A stretch of DNA of 64,000 bases from NCBI GenBank assembly GCA_002897695.1, contig BDTG01000041.1, forward strand, positions 20,101-84,100, written 5' to 3'. Below are positions 34,973 through 45,416 of the stretch, in pieces. The DNA comes from a bacterium BMS3Abin14 (GTDB lineage Bacteria; BMS3Abin14). The translations under genes were made by a program, and so were the position numbers. Within the stretch, counting starts at the first letter, position 1. Every line of letters starts with the position of its first letter. The notes under the pieces were generated by a model. That model was not told the origin of the DNA, ran no database searches, and saw only the letters and a program-made list of their open reading frames with translations.

Positions 34973-34987
34973 TGGCACGGGCCTTGC
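34973..34987 (+). promoter_or_regulatory. sigma54 -24/-12 promoter of glnK-amtB
   Basis: TGGCAC-GGGCC-TTGC matches the consensus; palindrome tgcctg-aaata-caggca near 34814-34830 is a candidate enhancer. Confidence 0.8.
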
Positions 34988-35044
34988 CCCTATGTGGGCG
35001 GCCCTGACGACGGGACCCAACAACCAATTGGGAGGGAGACTTAA

Positions 35045-35386
<342 letters not shown>

Positions 35387-35505
35387 AACGGTCATTGACG
35401 CTTGGACGCGGCAAAAAAATCCGCGGTGCATGCAGACCTTACTCAAATGCAGGGCCGCGGCTAGTGAACCGGAGTGAGAAATCATTTAATACGGAGGGTT
35501 CAAAA

Positions 35506-36804
35506 ATGATCAAGTCACTTATATCGGTATTTCTCAGACACAGAATTTTATTAATGACCATTGCGATCACGGCTATGCCGGCCGTTGCCCACGCGGACAC
35601 CCTTGACAGCGGGGACACCGCCTGGATGATCACCGCTACCGCACTGGTACTTTTCATGACCATTCCAGGGCTGGCCCTTTTTTACGGCGGTCTGGTCCGG
35701 ACCAGGAACATCCTTTCCGTCCTCATGCAATGCTTTTCCATCACCGCCCTCATAACCATCCTGTGGGTGGTGGCAGGTTACTCCCTCAGTTTCGGCACGG
35801 GAAACGCTTTTTTCGGAGACTTTTCCATGGTTTTCCTTAAGGGGATAGGACCGGATTCCATGTCTGGAACCATCCCCAAAATCCTGTTCGTCATGTTCCA
35901 GCTCACCTTCGCAATTATCACCCCGGCTCTCATTATCGGCGCTTTCGCCGAGCGGATGAAGTTCTCAGCCATGCTCCTTTTCACCGGAGCATGGATGTTG
36001 CTCATCTACAGCCCGATCTGCCACTGGGTTTGGGGAGGCGGCTGGCTCGGCAGCATGGGAGCCCTGGACTTCGCCGGGGGCACCGTGGTCCACATCAATG
36101 CCGGGGTCGCCGGCCTGGTTGCAGCCCTCGTCCTCGGCAAACGTAAGGGATACCCCAAGGCCCCCATGATGCCCCACAGCCTCACCCTGTCGGTGGTGGG
36201 AGCCGGCATGCTGTGGGTGGGATGGTTCGGCTTTAACGCCGGGTCAGAACTCGCCGCCGACGGCACCGCCGGCATGGCCCTTGCCGTGACCCAGATTGCC
36301 GCTGCGGCAGCCACCCTCGCCTGGATGTTCGCCGAGTGGATCAAGCACGGCAAGCCCAGCGTCCTGGGAGCCATCACGGGCGCCGTGGCCGGCCTCGTGG
36401 CCATCACCCCGGCCTCCGGTTTCGTAGGTCCCATGGGGGCCATCGCCATCGGCCTGGCATCCGGAGTCATCTGCTTCATCGCAGCCACCACCCTGAAACG
36501 GGCATTGGGCTACGACGATTCCCTGGACGCCTTCGGTGTCCATGGCGTTGGCGGTACTGTGGGAGCCATCCTTACGGGTGTTTTCGCTTCTCCGGCCCTT
36601 GGCGGCTTCGCCAAGATATCCGGGATCGGCGGGCAGCTTTGGATCCAGTTCATAAGTGTCGCCGCCACCATCGGATACAGCGCCGTTGGCTCCTTCGTTA
36701 TCCTGAAGGCGGTGGACCTGCTGGTGGGGCTGAGAGTGACCGAGGAGGAGGAAGTAACGGGGCTCGACATCACGCAGCACAACGAGAAAGGCTACGACTA
36801 CTGA
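35506..36804 (+). CDS. amtB: Ammonium transporter
   Basis: GDTAW, FQLTFAIIT, DFAGGTVVHINAG, WFGFNAGS, DDSLDAFGVHG. Confidence 0.96.
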   Translation: MIKSLISVFLRHRILLMTIAITAMPAVAHADTLDSGDTAWMITATALVLFMTIPGLALFYGGLVRTRNILSVLMQCFSITALITILWVVAGYSLSFGTGNAFFGDFSMVFLKGIGPDSMSGTIPKILFVMFQLTFAIITPALIIGAFAERMKFSAMLLFTGAWMLLIYSPICHWVWGGGWLGSMGALDFAGGTVVHINAGVAGLVAALVLGKRKGYPKAPMMPHSLTLSVVGAGMLWVGWFGFNAGSELAADGTAGMALAVTQIAAAAATLAWMFAEWIKHGKPSVLGAITGAVAGLVAITPASGFVGPMGAIAIGLASGVICFIAATTLKRALGYDDSLDAFGVHGVGGTVGAILTGVFASPALGGFAKISGIGGQLWIQFISVAATIGYSAVGSFVILKAVDLLVGLRVTEEEEVTGLDITQHNEKGYDY

Positions 36805-36827
36805 TCTTTTCAGTTCCAGGTTCCGGG

Positions 36828-36868
36828 TAAAGGAAGCCCGGCGGGGATTGCCCGCCGGGCTTCCTTTA
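36828..36868. terminator. Bidirectional terminator between amtB and the ferritin-like gene
   Basis: taaaggaagcccggcggg-gattg-cccgccgggcttccttta, perfect 18-bp stem. Confidence 0.8.
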
Positions 36869-36922
36869 GTGTTTCTCTGGACTCTGGACTGTATTGTCTC
36901 CCTCTGGACTCTGGACTCGGTT

Positions 36923-37363
36923 TTACAGGTCTCCCAGCCACCCCTCGAAGATGTCCAGATGTCCCTCCTCGTCCTCGAGGATCTGCTCGAACAGCTTCCT
37001 GGTCACCACGTCGTCCTCTTCAGCGGCCAGTTGGATGATTTTATGATACAGGGCGACAGCCCCCTCTTCGGCCTTGGCATCCAGGGTGATCATCTCCTTG
37101 ATGTCACCACCCACCGCAATGGGGTCCGGTTTGGTAGTGGGGGTGCCCCCCAGGTAGTTGAGGCGTTCGGCGATGAATTCGGCGTGGGTCATCTCATTCA
37201 TGGCGATGATCCTGAGCTGGTCCTTGACGGAAAAACCCTTGATCCCGATCCACTGAATGTGCTGCCACATGTATTGAGTGACGACCTGCAGTTCCCTGGA
37301 GATGGCCTTGTTGAGCAGATCGAGAAGTTCCTTGGAAGCCTTTTTTCTGTGTTTGGCGGACAT
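36923..37363 (-). CDS. Ferritin-like (bacterioferritin-related) di-iron protein
   Basis: E..QY, EMTHAE..ERL..LGG.P, EEGA..Y, DEEGH. Confidence 0.85.
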   Translation of the reverse strand: MSAKHRKKASKELLDLLNKAISRELQVVTQYMWQHIQWIGIKGFSVKDQLRIIAMNEMTHAEFIAERLNYLGGTPTTKPDPIAVGGDIKEMITLDAKAEEGAVALYHKIIQLAAEEDDVVTRKLFEQILEDEEGHLDIFEGWLGDL

Positions 37364-37585
37364 TCTTTTCCTCCTGTCTGGTTTTGTTTCTGCAACCCCG
37401 GTGCAAATGGCCGGGGTTTTCGTAATGGTTTCACTTTAACGCAATTTTGCGGTGAAGCAAAGTAATGGCTCACCGCGACAAGACACGTTGTTTTACCACA
37501 GTGCAGCCGCTTGCAGACTGCACCACAGGGTTTTAAACAGGATCATCCTGGAAATACGTACTCACTACGCATAAAAGCTGGATTT

Positions 37586-37858
37586 AACAGGGATGAAGGT
37601 CGCTCTTTTCCCCCTCACCTCGGTCCTCTCCCCCCAGCCTCCTTCGCACAAAGCTTCGGCGGGCCAAGGGGGAGAGGAAGAATATCCTGTGATAAATCGA
37701 CGCGACAGGCGCAATGACATGCGTTGCTCCGCACGAGATTGCCGCGCCGCGGTTTCACTCAGGCTCGCAATGACAGAAAATAACAAGGTATCCATAAACC
37801 GGATGAACCCTATTTTAAAACCCTACCTGCCCTGAGCAAGCGCAGCGCTTCGAAGGGT
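37586..37858. repeat. Mosaic of REP-like palindromes
   Basis: cctctcccc..ggggagagg, ccttcgcacaaagcttcggcgggccaag, gagattgccgcg..ctcgcaatgac, ccctgagc..ttcgaaggg; relatives elsewhere in the window. Confidence 0.6.
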
Positions 37859-37902
37859 GGTGTGACCTGCATGTGGTCACGCTGTGGTGAGTTAGCTTTC
37901 GA

Positions 37903-38739
37903 TCAATCGATCACGAAACGGTCGATGATACCGGCTTTGTCGTCGATGACGGCTACCCGAAGCTGTCCGTCACGGCGGTAAAGTACACAGAAATGATACG
38001 CCTTGACGAACACCCTGTTGAGTGGACTCTCAGCATGGCAGGAATACAGGGGGGCGCCGCCGCCTCCGGTGACGACATACGGAATTCCGCCAACCTCGAA
38101 CCTCTGATAGTTGTGATCGTGGCCGCTGAAAACCGCGCCCACACCGTAGGTCCTGAAAAGGGGGACGAGAATCCGGCGGAGTTTTTCCCCGCTCCTGCGG
38201 TGGGACCCGATGTTGTACGGTGGGTGGTGAAACACCGCGATGATCGTTCCCCCGCTTCCTGAACTTCCCTCAAGATCCCCGATCAGCCACCTGTGCTGGT
38301 CTGAACCCGGGGACAGGTCCACATTGGTATCCAGGACGATGAAGTGAATCCCGTCGACATCGACGGAATACCACCCCTTATTGTCGGGCAGGCCGAACCG
38401 GTCGAAGAAAAGGGGGGACTCTTTCTCGTGGTTTCCCAAGGCGGGGTAGAAGGCCGTAGTGCTTCTGAGTCCGGACGTTATATCGCTAAAGACCTTCCAC
38501 TCATCCTCGCGGTTCCCGTTCGCCACCAGATCGCCCGTGTGGAAGACGGCAGCCGGTTTGACGTGGGTTATCCCCTGGACCAGGTCCCGATGGGTCGAGT
38601 GGCCGCTCCGGGTATCGCCGTAGATGACGATGCCGCCATTCAGATAGTCCGGCAGAGCGTTCCATTTTGTCCCTGCACCGGCTGACGACAGGAGCGGAAA
38701 CAGCAGAAAAAAGACTGACAGTACACATGAGATTGCCAC
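37903..38739 (-). CDS. Exported calcineurin-like metallophosphoesterase
   Basis: YGD, HTGDLV, GNHE, FHHPPY, GHDHNY, TGGGGAPLY; start uncertain. Confidence 0.88.
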   Translation of the reverse strand: MAISCVLSVFFLLFPLLSSAGAGTKWNALPDYLNGGIVIYGDTRSGHSTHRDLVQGITHVKPAAVFHTGDLVANGNREDEWKVFSDITSGLRSTTAFYPALGNHEKESPLFFDRFGLPDNKGWYSVDVDGIHFIVLDTNVDLSPGSDQHRWLIGDLEGSSGSGGTIIAVFHHPPYNIGSHRRSGEKLRRILVPLFRTYGVGAVFSGHDHNYQRFEVGGIPYVVTGGGGAPLYSCHAESPLNRVFVKAYHFCVLYRRDGQLRVAVIDDKAGIIDRFVID

Positions 38740-38789
38740 GCTTCTTCCAGCCGCTCGCAATGACGGGATTGGAGTCTGTTTTTCACACG

Positions 38790-38817
38790 TTGGACATTGG
38801 ACATTGGACATTGGACT
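38790..38817 (+). repeat. Tandem heptamer (TTGGACA)x3 + TTGGACT
   Basis: Read directly; related arrays at 21884-21904 (opposite strand) and 36875-36918. Confidence 0.8.
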
Positions 38818-38840
38818 ATCCTGCCCCCAGATCGGGCAGC

Positions 38841-39455
38841 CTACAGCCTGATGCCGTAGGACCTCAGAAGCAGCACGGTTTCCATGAGCGGAAGGCCGAT
38901 GACATTGGTATAGGACCCCACTATCCCCTCGATGAAGATGGCCCCCCTTCCCTGGATCGCGTAGGCTCCGGCTTTATCCCGATATTCCCCGGAATCGAGG
39001 TACCAGTTTATTTCCCACTCCTCGAGCAGTTTCATCCTCACCCGGGTTTCGACGGTAACCACCCGTTTTTTATCCTTGTTGATCCAGACGGCGGCAATGG
39101 CCGAGAGGACAGTATGTTCCTTCCCGGCAAGCCTTCTGAGCATGGCCTTCGCGTCCCTCTTGTCCCTGGGCTTGCCGAGTACCTTGCGACCGTTGAGAAT
39201 GACCACCGTATCGCATCCCAGAACGATATCGTCAGGGTAATCCGCAGCTACGCCTTGCGCTTTCTCCATGGCCAGGCGCTCCACGTGTTCCCGGGGTGTC
39301 TCCTTGGGCAGGAGTTTCTCATTCACCTGAGGAAACGCCACCTCAAACTTCAGCCCCGTAAGCGCGAGCAGTTCCTTCCGGCGGGGTGATGCTGATGCGA
39401 GGACGATCTTCTTGCGGCGTGACCACCATCTCTTGGCAATTCTCATTGGGTCCAT
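38841..39455 (-). CDS. maf: Maf/YhdE nucleoside triphosphate pyrophosphatase
   Basis: LASASPRRKELL, GCDTVV, LGKP, DKAGAYAIQG, NVIGLP. Confidence 0.93.
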   Translation of the reverse strand: MDPMRIAKRWWSRRKKIVLASASPRRKELLALTGLKFEVAFPQVNEKLLPKETPREHVERLAMEKAQGVAADYPDDIVLGCDTVVILNGRKVLGKPRDKRDAKAMLRRLAGKEHTVLSAIAAVWINKDKKRVVTVETRVRMKLLEEWEINWYLDSGEYRDKAGAYAIQGRGAIFIEGIVGSYTNVIGLPLMETVLLLRSYGIRL

Positions 39456-39545
39456 TGTCTCATCATCTTTGGCAGGGTCGTCAAAAGTTCTGTTAAGGAT
39501 ATAGTTTCAAAACGTGTGTGTCTTTTATTACCACACGGCGCCCAA

Positions 39546-41129
39546 TTAAACCACTTTTCCGGATCGGCCGCCAAAGAGCGTCCATGGAAGTTTACCGTTC
39601 CTTCTGTCAAAGAGGATACGGTCTGCATCCGGAAAGATCCGCTGGAGTTTTCGCAGGGAGATACCCCCTGCGGGGAGCGCCCCCAGCGCTTTTCCAAGAT
39701 TCCTGTCCCCAAGGGATATCAGGGCGTCCAGATAGGCTCCCCTCATGGAACCTGCCTGGAACCTGACCCCTCCCATGCGTCCTATTTTCTCCCTCAAGGA
39801 TTTCAGCCTTCTCGACAGCACATCCTCGGCCGCCATGGGCTCCCTTTCCAGTGGAGTGTGGGGTTTGGGAACGAAAGGATTAACGCTTACAGTTATGTTC
39901 CCGACCTTTCCTCTTTTGCGTCCAGCCCCCACCACCTTGTCCCTGATGCGGCCTACCAGGTCGGAGATGGCCGCCATATCATCGTCCTCTTCACCGGGCA
40001 GCCCTACCATGAAGTACACCTTCACACCCGGAACCCGCGCCCGCTGAAGGAGGTTTACGGCTTCCATGATCGCATCGTCCGAGAACCCTTTTCCAACTGT
40101 CTTTCTGAGGGCAGATGTCCCGGCTTCGGGAGCGAGTGAAACGGTTCGGTGCCCACTTGCCGCGAGCATTTCCGCCAGTTCAGGGGTCATACGTTCCAGC
40201 CTGACCGATGAGGGGGAAAACCTTCCCCCCAGATCAAGGATCATCCTTCCCGCATCGAGAAGCTCAGGATGGTACGATACCGCGGTCCCCACCAGCCCTA
40301 TCTTCCTCCTGTATTTCAGGCCGGTCCGTACCTCCTTCTCCATCCTTTCCAACCCCAGAAAGCGCACCGGGCCGCATATATGGGAAGCCGCGCAGAAGCT
40401 GCATTTTGCGCCGCATCCCCTGGAGATCTCCAGGGGATACATGGAACCGAATTCAGTGCCCCGTGCCACCACGGCGGGCCTGGCGGGTTTCACATCCAGG
40501 GAGGATACCATGGATCGCTCAATCCATGGGGACATCGACCCGAGGGGTCTGGGAATCAGGTAGCGGGAACCTTTTACTTCGCCGGCGCTGTACATGGAGG
40601 GGACATAAGCGCCGGGCAGGCCGGCAGCCAACTCCAGGATACGATCTCTGCTTCCGGAAGGCCCAGCCGAGAGAAGAATGTCGGGGAGGGTCTCGAAAAC
40701 AGGTTCAGAATCGCCGATAATAATCAGATCGAAAAACTGGGCGACCGGTTCAGGGTTGATGGTCAGGGCAGCCCCGCCGCCCAGCACAAAGGGCCCGGCC
40801 GCCTCTGGTGCGAACGGGGCAACTCCTCCCGCTTCCAGCATCCGGGGGAGGTGAACAAGATCCGGCTGAAAGGAAACGGAGAATGCCACGACATCGAACT
40901 CGGACAGGGAACGGCTGCCATCGGGGAAATAGAGCCCGCTTCCCTCCCAGAAAACCCTTCGTACGTCAAAACCTGGAACATCAAGAAACCCTCTCAAGAC
41001 CGCCTGGTAGCCGAGGTTTGACATGCCCACCCAATAGCTGTTGGGATAAGCGACCGCCACCCTCAATGAGCCTCCCCTGGCAGGCCGGGGGGAAACCCAG
41101 GCCTCATCCAGCGGGCTCCGGGCGTTCAT
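39546..41129 (-). CDS. Radical SAM protein with B12-binding-like N-terminal domain
   Basis: YPNSYWVGMSNLG, EISRGCGAKCSFC (CxxxCxxC), APEAG, YFMVGLPGE, FVPKPHTP. Confidence 0.88.
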   Translation of the reverse strand: MNARSPLDEAWVSPRPARGGSLRVAVAYPNSYWVGMSNLGYQAVLRGFLDVPGFDVRRVFWEGSGLYFPDGSRSLSEFDVVAFSVSFQPDLVHLPRMLEAGGVAPFAPEAAGPFVLGGGAALTINPEPVAQFFDLIIIGDSEPVFETLPDILLSAGPSGSRDRILELAAGLPGAYVPSMYSAGEVKGSRYLIPRPLGSMSPWIERSMVSSLDVKPARPAVVARGTEFGSMYPLEISRGCGAKCSFCAASHICGPVRFLGLERMEKEVRTGLKYRRKIGLVGTAVSYHPELLDAGRMILDLGGRFSPSSVRLERMTPELAEMLAASGHRTVSLAPEAGTSALRKTVGKGFSDDAIMEAVNLLQRARVPGVKVYFMVGLPGEEDDDMAAISDLVGRIRDKVVGAGRKRGKVGNITVSVNPFVPKPHTPLEREPMAAEDVLSRRLKSLREKIGRMGGVRFQAGSMRGAYLDALISLGDRNLGKALGALPAGGISLRKLQRIFPDADRILFDRRNGKLPWTLFGGRSGKVV

Positions 41130-41135
41130 CTACCC

Positions 41136-42287
41136 TTAATCCGCCTGGCGCCTTAAAAACGCGGGGACCTCAAATTCTTCCTCATCAATGGCCGACATTG
41201 CCGGGCGTCTGGTCTTTTCCGAAGGGGCTTCGGCCTCCTTGTTTCTGATAAAAGTCGGTAATTCAGTATCCTGTGAACCTGCGCCTCCCCAGGAAGACAC
41301 CCTGGAGTCAAGGCCTTGCCTCGTTTGTTCCTGCCCGAAACCGGTCGCAATAACGGTCACCATGAGATTCTCATCCATGGAATCATCCTCGACCCATCCA
41401 AAAATAATCTCGGCATCCTCGTGAACAGCGCTTCGGACAATGGCCGATGCGTTCTGGATCTCCTGCATGCCGATGCCCTTGTTTGCGGTGATATTGATGA
41501 GGACCCCTCTGGAACCATCGATACTGTTGTCCTCCAGGAGCGGGCTGGAAATAGCCGTCTGTGCGGCCTCGGACGCTCGGTCATCACCCTGGGCAATCCC
41601 GGTGCCCATGAGAGCTCGTCCCTTCCCTTCCATGATCCTTTTCACATCAGCGAAATCGAGGTTGATGATTCCAGGCTTTGTGATGAGATCGGATATACCC
41701 TTAACCGCACAGTGAAGAACATCGTCCACAACCTTGAAAGCGTCCGTTGCGAGGGCGCCATGTTTGATCACCGAAAAAATGCGATCATTGGGAATTACGA
41801 TCAGGGTGTCAACACTTTTACGCAGCTCTTCCAGCCCGTTTTCCGCGTTTTTCATCCGCACGCGGCCTTCGAACTCGAAGGGCTTGGTTACAACCCCGAC
41901 GGTGAGTATGCCGGCATCTTTTGCTATTCCCGCGACCACGGGAGCAGCTCCAGTGCCCGTTCCACCCCCCATGCCGGCGGTGATGAACACCATATCCACG
42001 CCCTGGATCGACTCGGAAATTTGATCCTTGCTCTCCTGCGCCGAACGCAGGCCAATCTCAGGATCCGCGCCGGCGCCGAGACCGTGTGTCACCTCTTCCC
42101 CCAACTGGATTTTAGTGGGTGCATCGGATCTTTTTAACGCCTGCGCATCTGTATTGGCGGCGATGAAATCAACATTTTTCAACATTGACTTGATCATATT
42201 GTTAATGGCATTGCCGCCGCCCCCCCCGACTCCGATGACCTTGATCCGGGCCTGAAGGTCCTTGCTCTCCTCTACGAACTGAAACAT
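41136..42287 (-). CDS. ftsZ: Cell division protein FtsZ
   Basis: GGGTGTG, NLDFAD, C-terminal [10 protein letters not shown]. Confidence 0.98.
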   Translation of the reverse strand: MFQFVEESKDLQARIKVIGVGGGGGNAINNMIKSMLKNVDFIAANTDAQALKRSDAPTKIQLGEEVTHGLGAGADPEIGLRSAQESKDQISESIQGVDMVFITAGMGGGTGTGAAPVVAGIAKDAGILTVGVVTKPFEFEGRVRMKNAENGLEELRKSVDTLIVIPNDRIFSVIKHGALATDAFKVVDDVLHCAVKGISDLITKPGIINLDFADVKRIMEGKGRALMGTGIAQGDDRASEAAQTAISSPLLEDNSIDGSRGVLINITANKGIGMQEIQNASAIVRSAVHEDAEIIFGWVEDDSMDENLMVTVIATGFGQEQTRQGLDSRVSSWGGAGSQDTELPTFIRNKEAEAPSEKTRRPAMSAIDEEEFEVPAFLRRQAD

Positions 42288-42330
42288 ATGTCACCTCCCT
42301 GGTATTAGGACAGTGTTCCCCGCACTATTT

Positions 42331-42404
42331 TTGATAGAGCCGTTAAAAGTCCACCTGTCTGCATGCAAGCACAGGCAGGTTCGCGACTTTTTGCAAAGTC
42401 ATCA
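42331..42404. repeat. MITE-like copy with nested hairpin between ftsA and ftsZ
   Basis: ttgatagagccgttaaaagtc-[acctgtctgcatgcaagcacaggcaggt]-gactttttgcaaagtcatca. Confidence 0.65.
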
Positions 42405-42407
42405 CGT

Positions 42408-43640
42408 TTAGATAAAATCCTTCAGCCAATCCCTCATCTTTGCCAGTATCTTGTCAAAAATCCTCGATTCATTTGTGCCAAAGACCCCCTCCCCGCCGTG
42501 GGTTGCCCCGTACTTGATCAGCCCGACTCCGGTAGCGTACATGGGACTTTTAACCACATCCACCAGGCCGCCGACATCTCGAGGATATCCAACCCGGACA
42601 GGCATATTAAAGACCTGTTCCGCCAACTCGGCCATGCCGCTCATGATTACCGTTCCACCGGTCAGGACGATGCCGGAAGCTATGCGGTCATTGTGTCCCG
42701 ATTTGAGTATTTCCCGGTTTATGAGTTCGAAGAACTCTTCCGCTCTCGGTTCGATAATTTCCGACAGGAACCTCCTTGAAACCTTCCTCGGCTTATGGCC
42801 GCCAACGCCCATTACCTCTATTTCCTCATCCTCGCCGACCATTTCGGTGAGAGCGCAGCCGTACTCCTTCTTAATTCTCTCCGCTTCAGTCGCCGGGCTC
42901 CTGAGACCATAGGCGACATCGTTGGTCAGGTTAATGCCTCCCAGAGCGAGAACGGCGGTCTGTCTTATGCTGCCGGCGCCAAATATTGCCAGATCAGTGG
43001 TCCCGCCCCCGATATCAACCAGCGCAACCCCAAGTTCTTTCTCCTCATCAGTGAGAACTGCGCTTGCGGCGGCAAGAGGTTCGAGGACAATATCCAGGAC
43101 GTCCAGACCCGCACGATTGCTGCTTTTGATAATGTTCTGTGCGGACGTTACGGCGCCCGTTACTATATGGACCTTGGCCTCAAGGCGCACACCTGACATG
43201 CCCAGGGGATCGACGATACCGTCCTGGTCGTCCACAATGAACTCCTGGGTCAGGGTGTGGATAATCTCCCGATCCAGCGGCATGGCAACCGCCTGGGCCG
43301 CGTCGATGACCCTTTCAATGTCTTTTTTGGTAACCTCCCTGGTCTTGACCGCAACCACCCCGTGGCTGTTGAACCCCTTGATATGGCCGCCGGCAATCCC
43401 GACATAAGCTCCCTGGATCGGCACCCCGGCCATGAGTTCGGCCTCCTCGACAGCCTTTTTGATGGAATCCACGGTGGCGTCGATGTTGATCACCACCCCT
43501 TTTCGGAGGCCTTTGGACGGGGTGGTGCCGATCCCTATGATCTCGCACCATCCTTTCTCGTCTACGGCAGTGACTACGATACATATTTTCGTAGTCCCTA
43601 CATCCAACCCTACAACGATACGCTCCCTACCCTTGGCCAT
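42408..43640 (-). CDS. ftsA: Cell division protein FtsA
   Basis: GLDVGTTK, GMSGVRLE, VDIGGGTTD, VLTGG, amphipathic tail. Confidence 0.97.
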   Translation of the reverse strand: MAKGRERIVVGLDVGTTKICIVVTAVDEKGWCEIIGIGTTPSKGLRKGVVINIDATVDSIKKAVEEAELMAGVPIQGAYVGIAGGHIKGFNSHGVVAVKTREVTKKDIERVIDAAQAVAMPLDREIIHTLTQEFIVDDQDGIVDPLGMSGVRLEAKVHIVTGAVTSAQNIIKSSNRAGLDVLDIVLEPLAAASAVLTDEEKELGVALVDIGGGTTDLAIFGAGSIRQTAVLALGGINLTNDVAYGLRSPATEAERIKKEYGCALTEMVGEDEEIEVMGVGGHKPRKVSRRFLSEIIEPRAEEFFELINREILKSGHNDRIASGIVLTGGTVIMSGMAELAEQVFNMPVRVGYPRDVGGLVDVVKSPMYATGVGLIKYGATHGGEGVFGTNESRIFDKILAKMRDWLKDFI

Positions 43641-44511
43641 GGCGAACTCCTCTCAAACCCGAGTCGGCTGATTTTCCGTTAACCCGGCCGACTCTTCCGG
43701 GCACCTTTATTATCCTTCCATCGAAACGCAGATCATATCCGGCCGCTCCGGCATCGAAATGCTTCGACGCCATGAGTCTTGCCAGACGATCCAGCTCGTC
43801 CCTGGATCCATCGGGCGACATGATCAGAGTGGTCCCGGTTTTCACCAGGGCTACCAGGACAGTCCGCTCATTTTTCACCCTTATCTCCGATATGGCATCA
43901 GCCCCAAAGAGTCCGGAAGCCTCCAGGCCTTTCAGAACCTTCAGTGCGCCCACCGCATCGGCCAACCGTTCGCCTGGGCTCCAATCCCCTGACAGGCCCG
44001 TTATCAGGGGCAGTGCCCCCGGATACCTGCCGGACATGCTCAGCACGATGCCCTCCATGTCCACCACGGGATACCCCCGGCCCATGACCACCGCCGCGGG
44101 ACGGCGTTCCTCTATGTTGATCTCCATGGTATCCGGAAGCTGTCTTACTACAACAGCGCTTTCGACCCGGGGCAGCTTTTTCACCCTTTCAAGGACATCG
44201 CCGAGGTCCACCCTTAAAAGCGGCGCCCCCTCCCGAATCCCGGAGGCCATGACAATTCTCCTCCTGGTGACATCCCTGGATCCTGTGACGATGATCCTCT
44301 TCACCGAAAGGGCAGGCATGTCGATAAGGGCATTGCCTCCCAGCCAGGCCCCGTAGATCAACGACACCATGGCCAGTCCCGCAATCACCCCTCTTAACAC
44401 CCACCAGCTTTTTGCTGCCGTCTCGCGCGAGGGACGCAACGCAATCCGTTTTTTCACCGCGCTTTTTCTCCTGACGGTCTTCCTGGAAATGGGTTTATTC
44501 CTGCGTCCCAC
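43627..44511 (-). CDS. ftsQ: Cell division protein FtsQ/DivIB
   Basis: Single TM, POTRA (LPRVESAVVVRQLPDT..EER), DLRF; synteny. Confidence 0.88.
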   Translation of the reverse strand: MGRRNKPISRKTVRRKSAVKKRIALRPSRETAAKSWWVLRGVIAGLAMVSLIYGAWLGGNALIDMPALSVKRIIVTGSRDVTRRRIVMASGIREGAPLLRVDLGDVLERVKKLPRVESAVVVRQLPDTMEINIEERRPAAVVMGRGYPVVDMEGIVLSMSGRYPGALPLITGLSGDWSPGERLADAVGALKVLKGLEASGLFGADAISEIRVKNERTVLVALVKTGTTLIMSPDGSRDELDRLARLMASKHFDAGAAGYDLRFDGRIIKVPGRVGRVNGKSADSGLRGVRHGQG

Positions 44512-44513
44512 GG

Positions 44514-45416
44514 CTACTTGCTCCCCTCTCCCGCGGTTTTCAGCATCTCCAGGACCAGGGATTGAAAATCGATACCCATTCCCTGAGCCGATTTGGGGAG
44601 GAGGCTTGTGGGTGTCATTCCCGGGATGGTGTTCACCTCAAGGACCTTGAAATTTCCGTCCTGGCCTCTCAGGTCAACCCTGACCGCCCCGCTGCACCTT
44701 AACGCGTGAGAGGTCTCAAGGCCCGTGCTGCGAACAAGCTCCGTCATTTCCGGGTCAAGGGGCGCCGGCACCCTGTACTCATCAGCGCCGGTAACATATT
44801 TTGTCTCATAGTCATAAAACCCGTTCGCCGTGACGATCTGGACCACTGCCAGCGGCTTCCCGTTAAGGATACCGACGGTATATTCCTCCCCGGGCACGAA
44901 GGACTCGATCAGCACATACGGATCATGCCGGGCGGCATCCCTGATCGCCTTCTTGAGAGTTCCCTTTTCCCGGACGATGGAGATGCCGATGGTAGAACCC
45001 TCACGGCTTGGTTTCACCACGACAGGAAAAGGCATGTTGATCTCATGATCATAATCCCCAGGCCCCATGGAAACGTACGGGGCAGTGGGGATTCCGCAGG
45101 CATCGAGTATCCTCTTGGTCTGGATCTTGTCCATGGCGAGCGCTGAAGCGAGGACCCCGCTGCCCGTGTAGGGTATATCCATGAGTTCCAGAGCCCCCTG
45201 GATTGTCCCGTCCTCACCGCCTCTTCCGTGGAGAGCGATAAAGGCCACATCGACCTTTTTCCTTAACATCTCCGAACGCCAATCCCCGGCGGTATCAACT
45301 GTAACCGCATCGACATCTCTTTCCAGAAGGGCCGAACAGATGGAGTTTCCGGTGACAAGAGAAACATCCCTCTCGGCGGATCGCCCCCCCATCAGAACCC
45401 CCACTTCAGTAGACAA
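44514..45416 (-). CDS. ddl: D-Ala-D-Ala ligase
   Basis: GGRSAERDVS, LHGRGGEDG, FYDYETKY, EVNTIPGMT. Confidence 0.95.
   Translation of the reverse strand: MSTEVGVLMGGRSAERDVSLVTGNSICSALLERDVDAVTVDTAGDWRSEMLRKKVDVAFIALHGRGGEDGTIQGALELMDIPYTGSGVLASALAMDKIQTKRILDACGIPTAPYVSMGPGDYDHEINMPFPVVVKPSREGSTIGISIVREKGTLKKAIRDAARHDPYVLIESFVPGEEYTVGILNGKPLAVVQIVTANGFYDYETKYVTGADEYRVPAPLDPEMTELVRSTGLETSHALRCSGAVRVDLRGQDGNFKVLEVNTIPGMTPTSLLPKSAQGMGIDFQSLVLEMLKTAGEGSK

Noticed and set aside
34945..34990. c-di-GMP-I riboswitch (GGCAAACC...)
   Set aside because: Lacks the GAAA stem and GCAAAGC continuation; the stretch is explained by the sigma54 promoter.
36875..38817. CRISPR array
   Set aside because: Repeats are heptamers or mixed palindromes without regular repeat-spacer structure; no cas genes.
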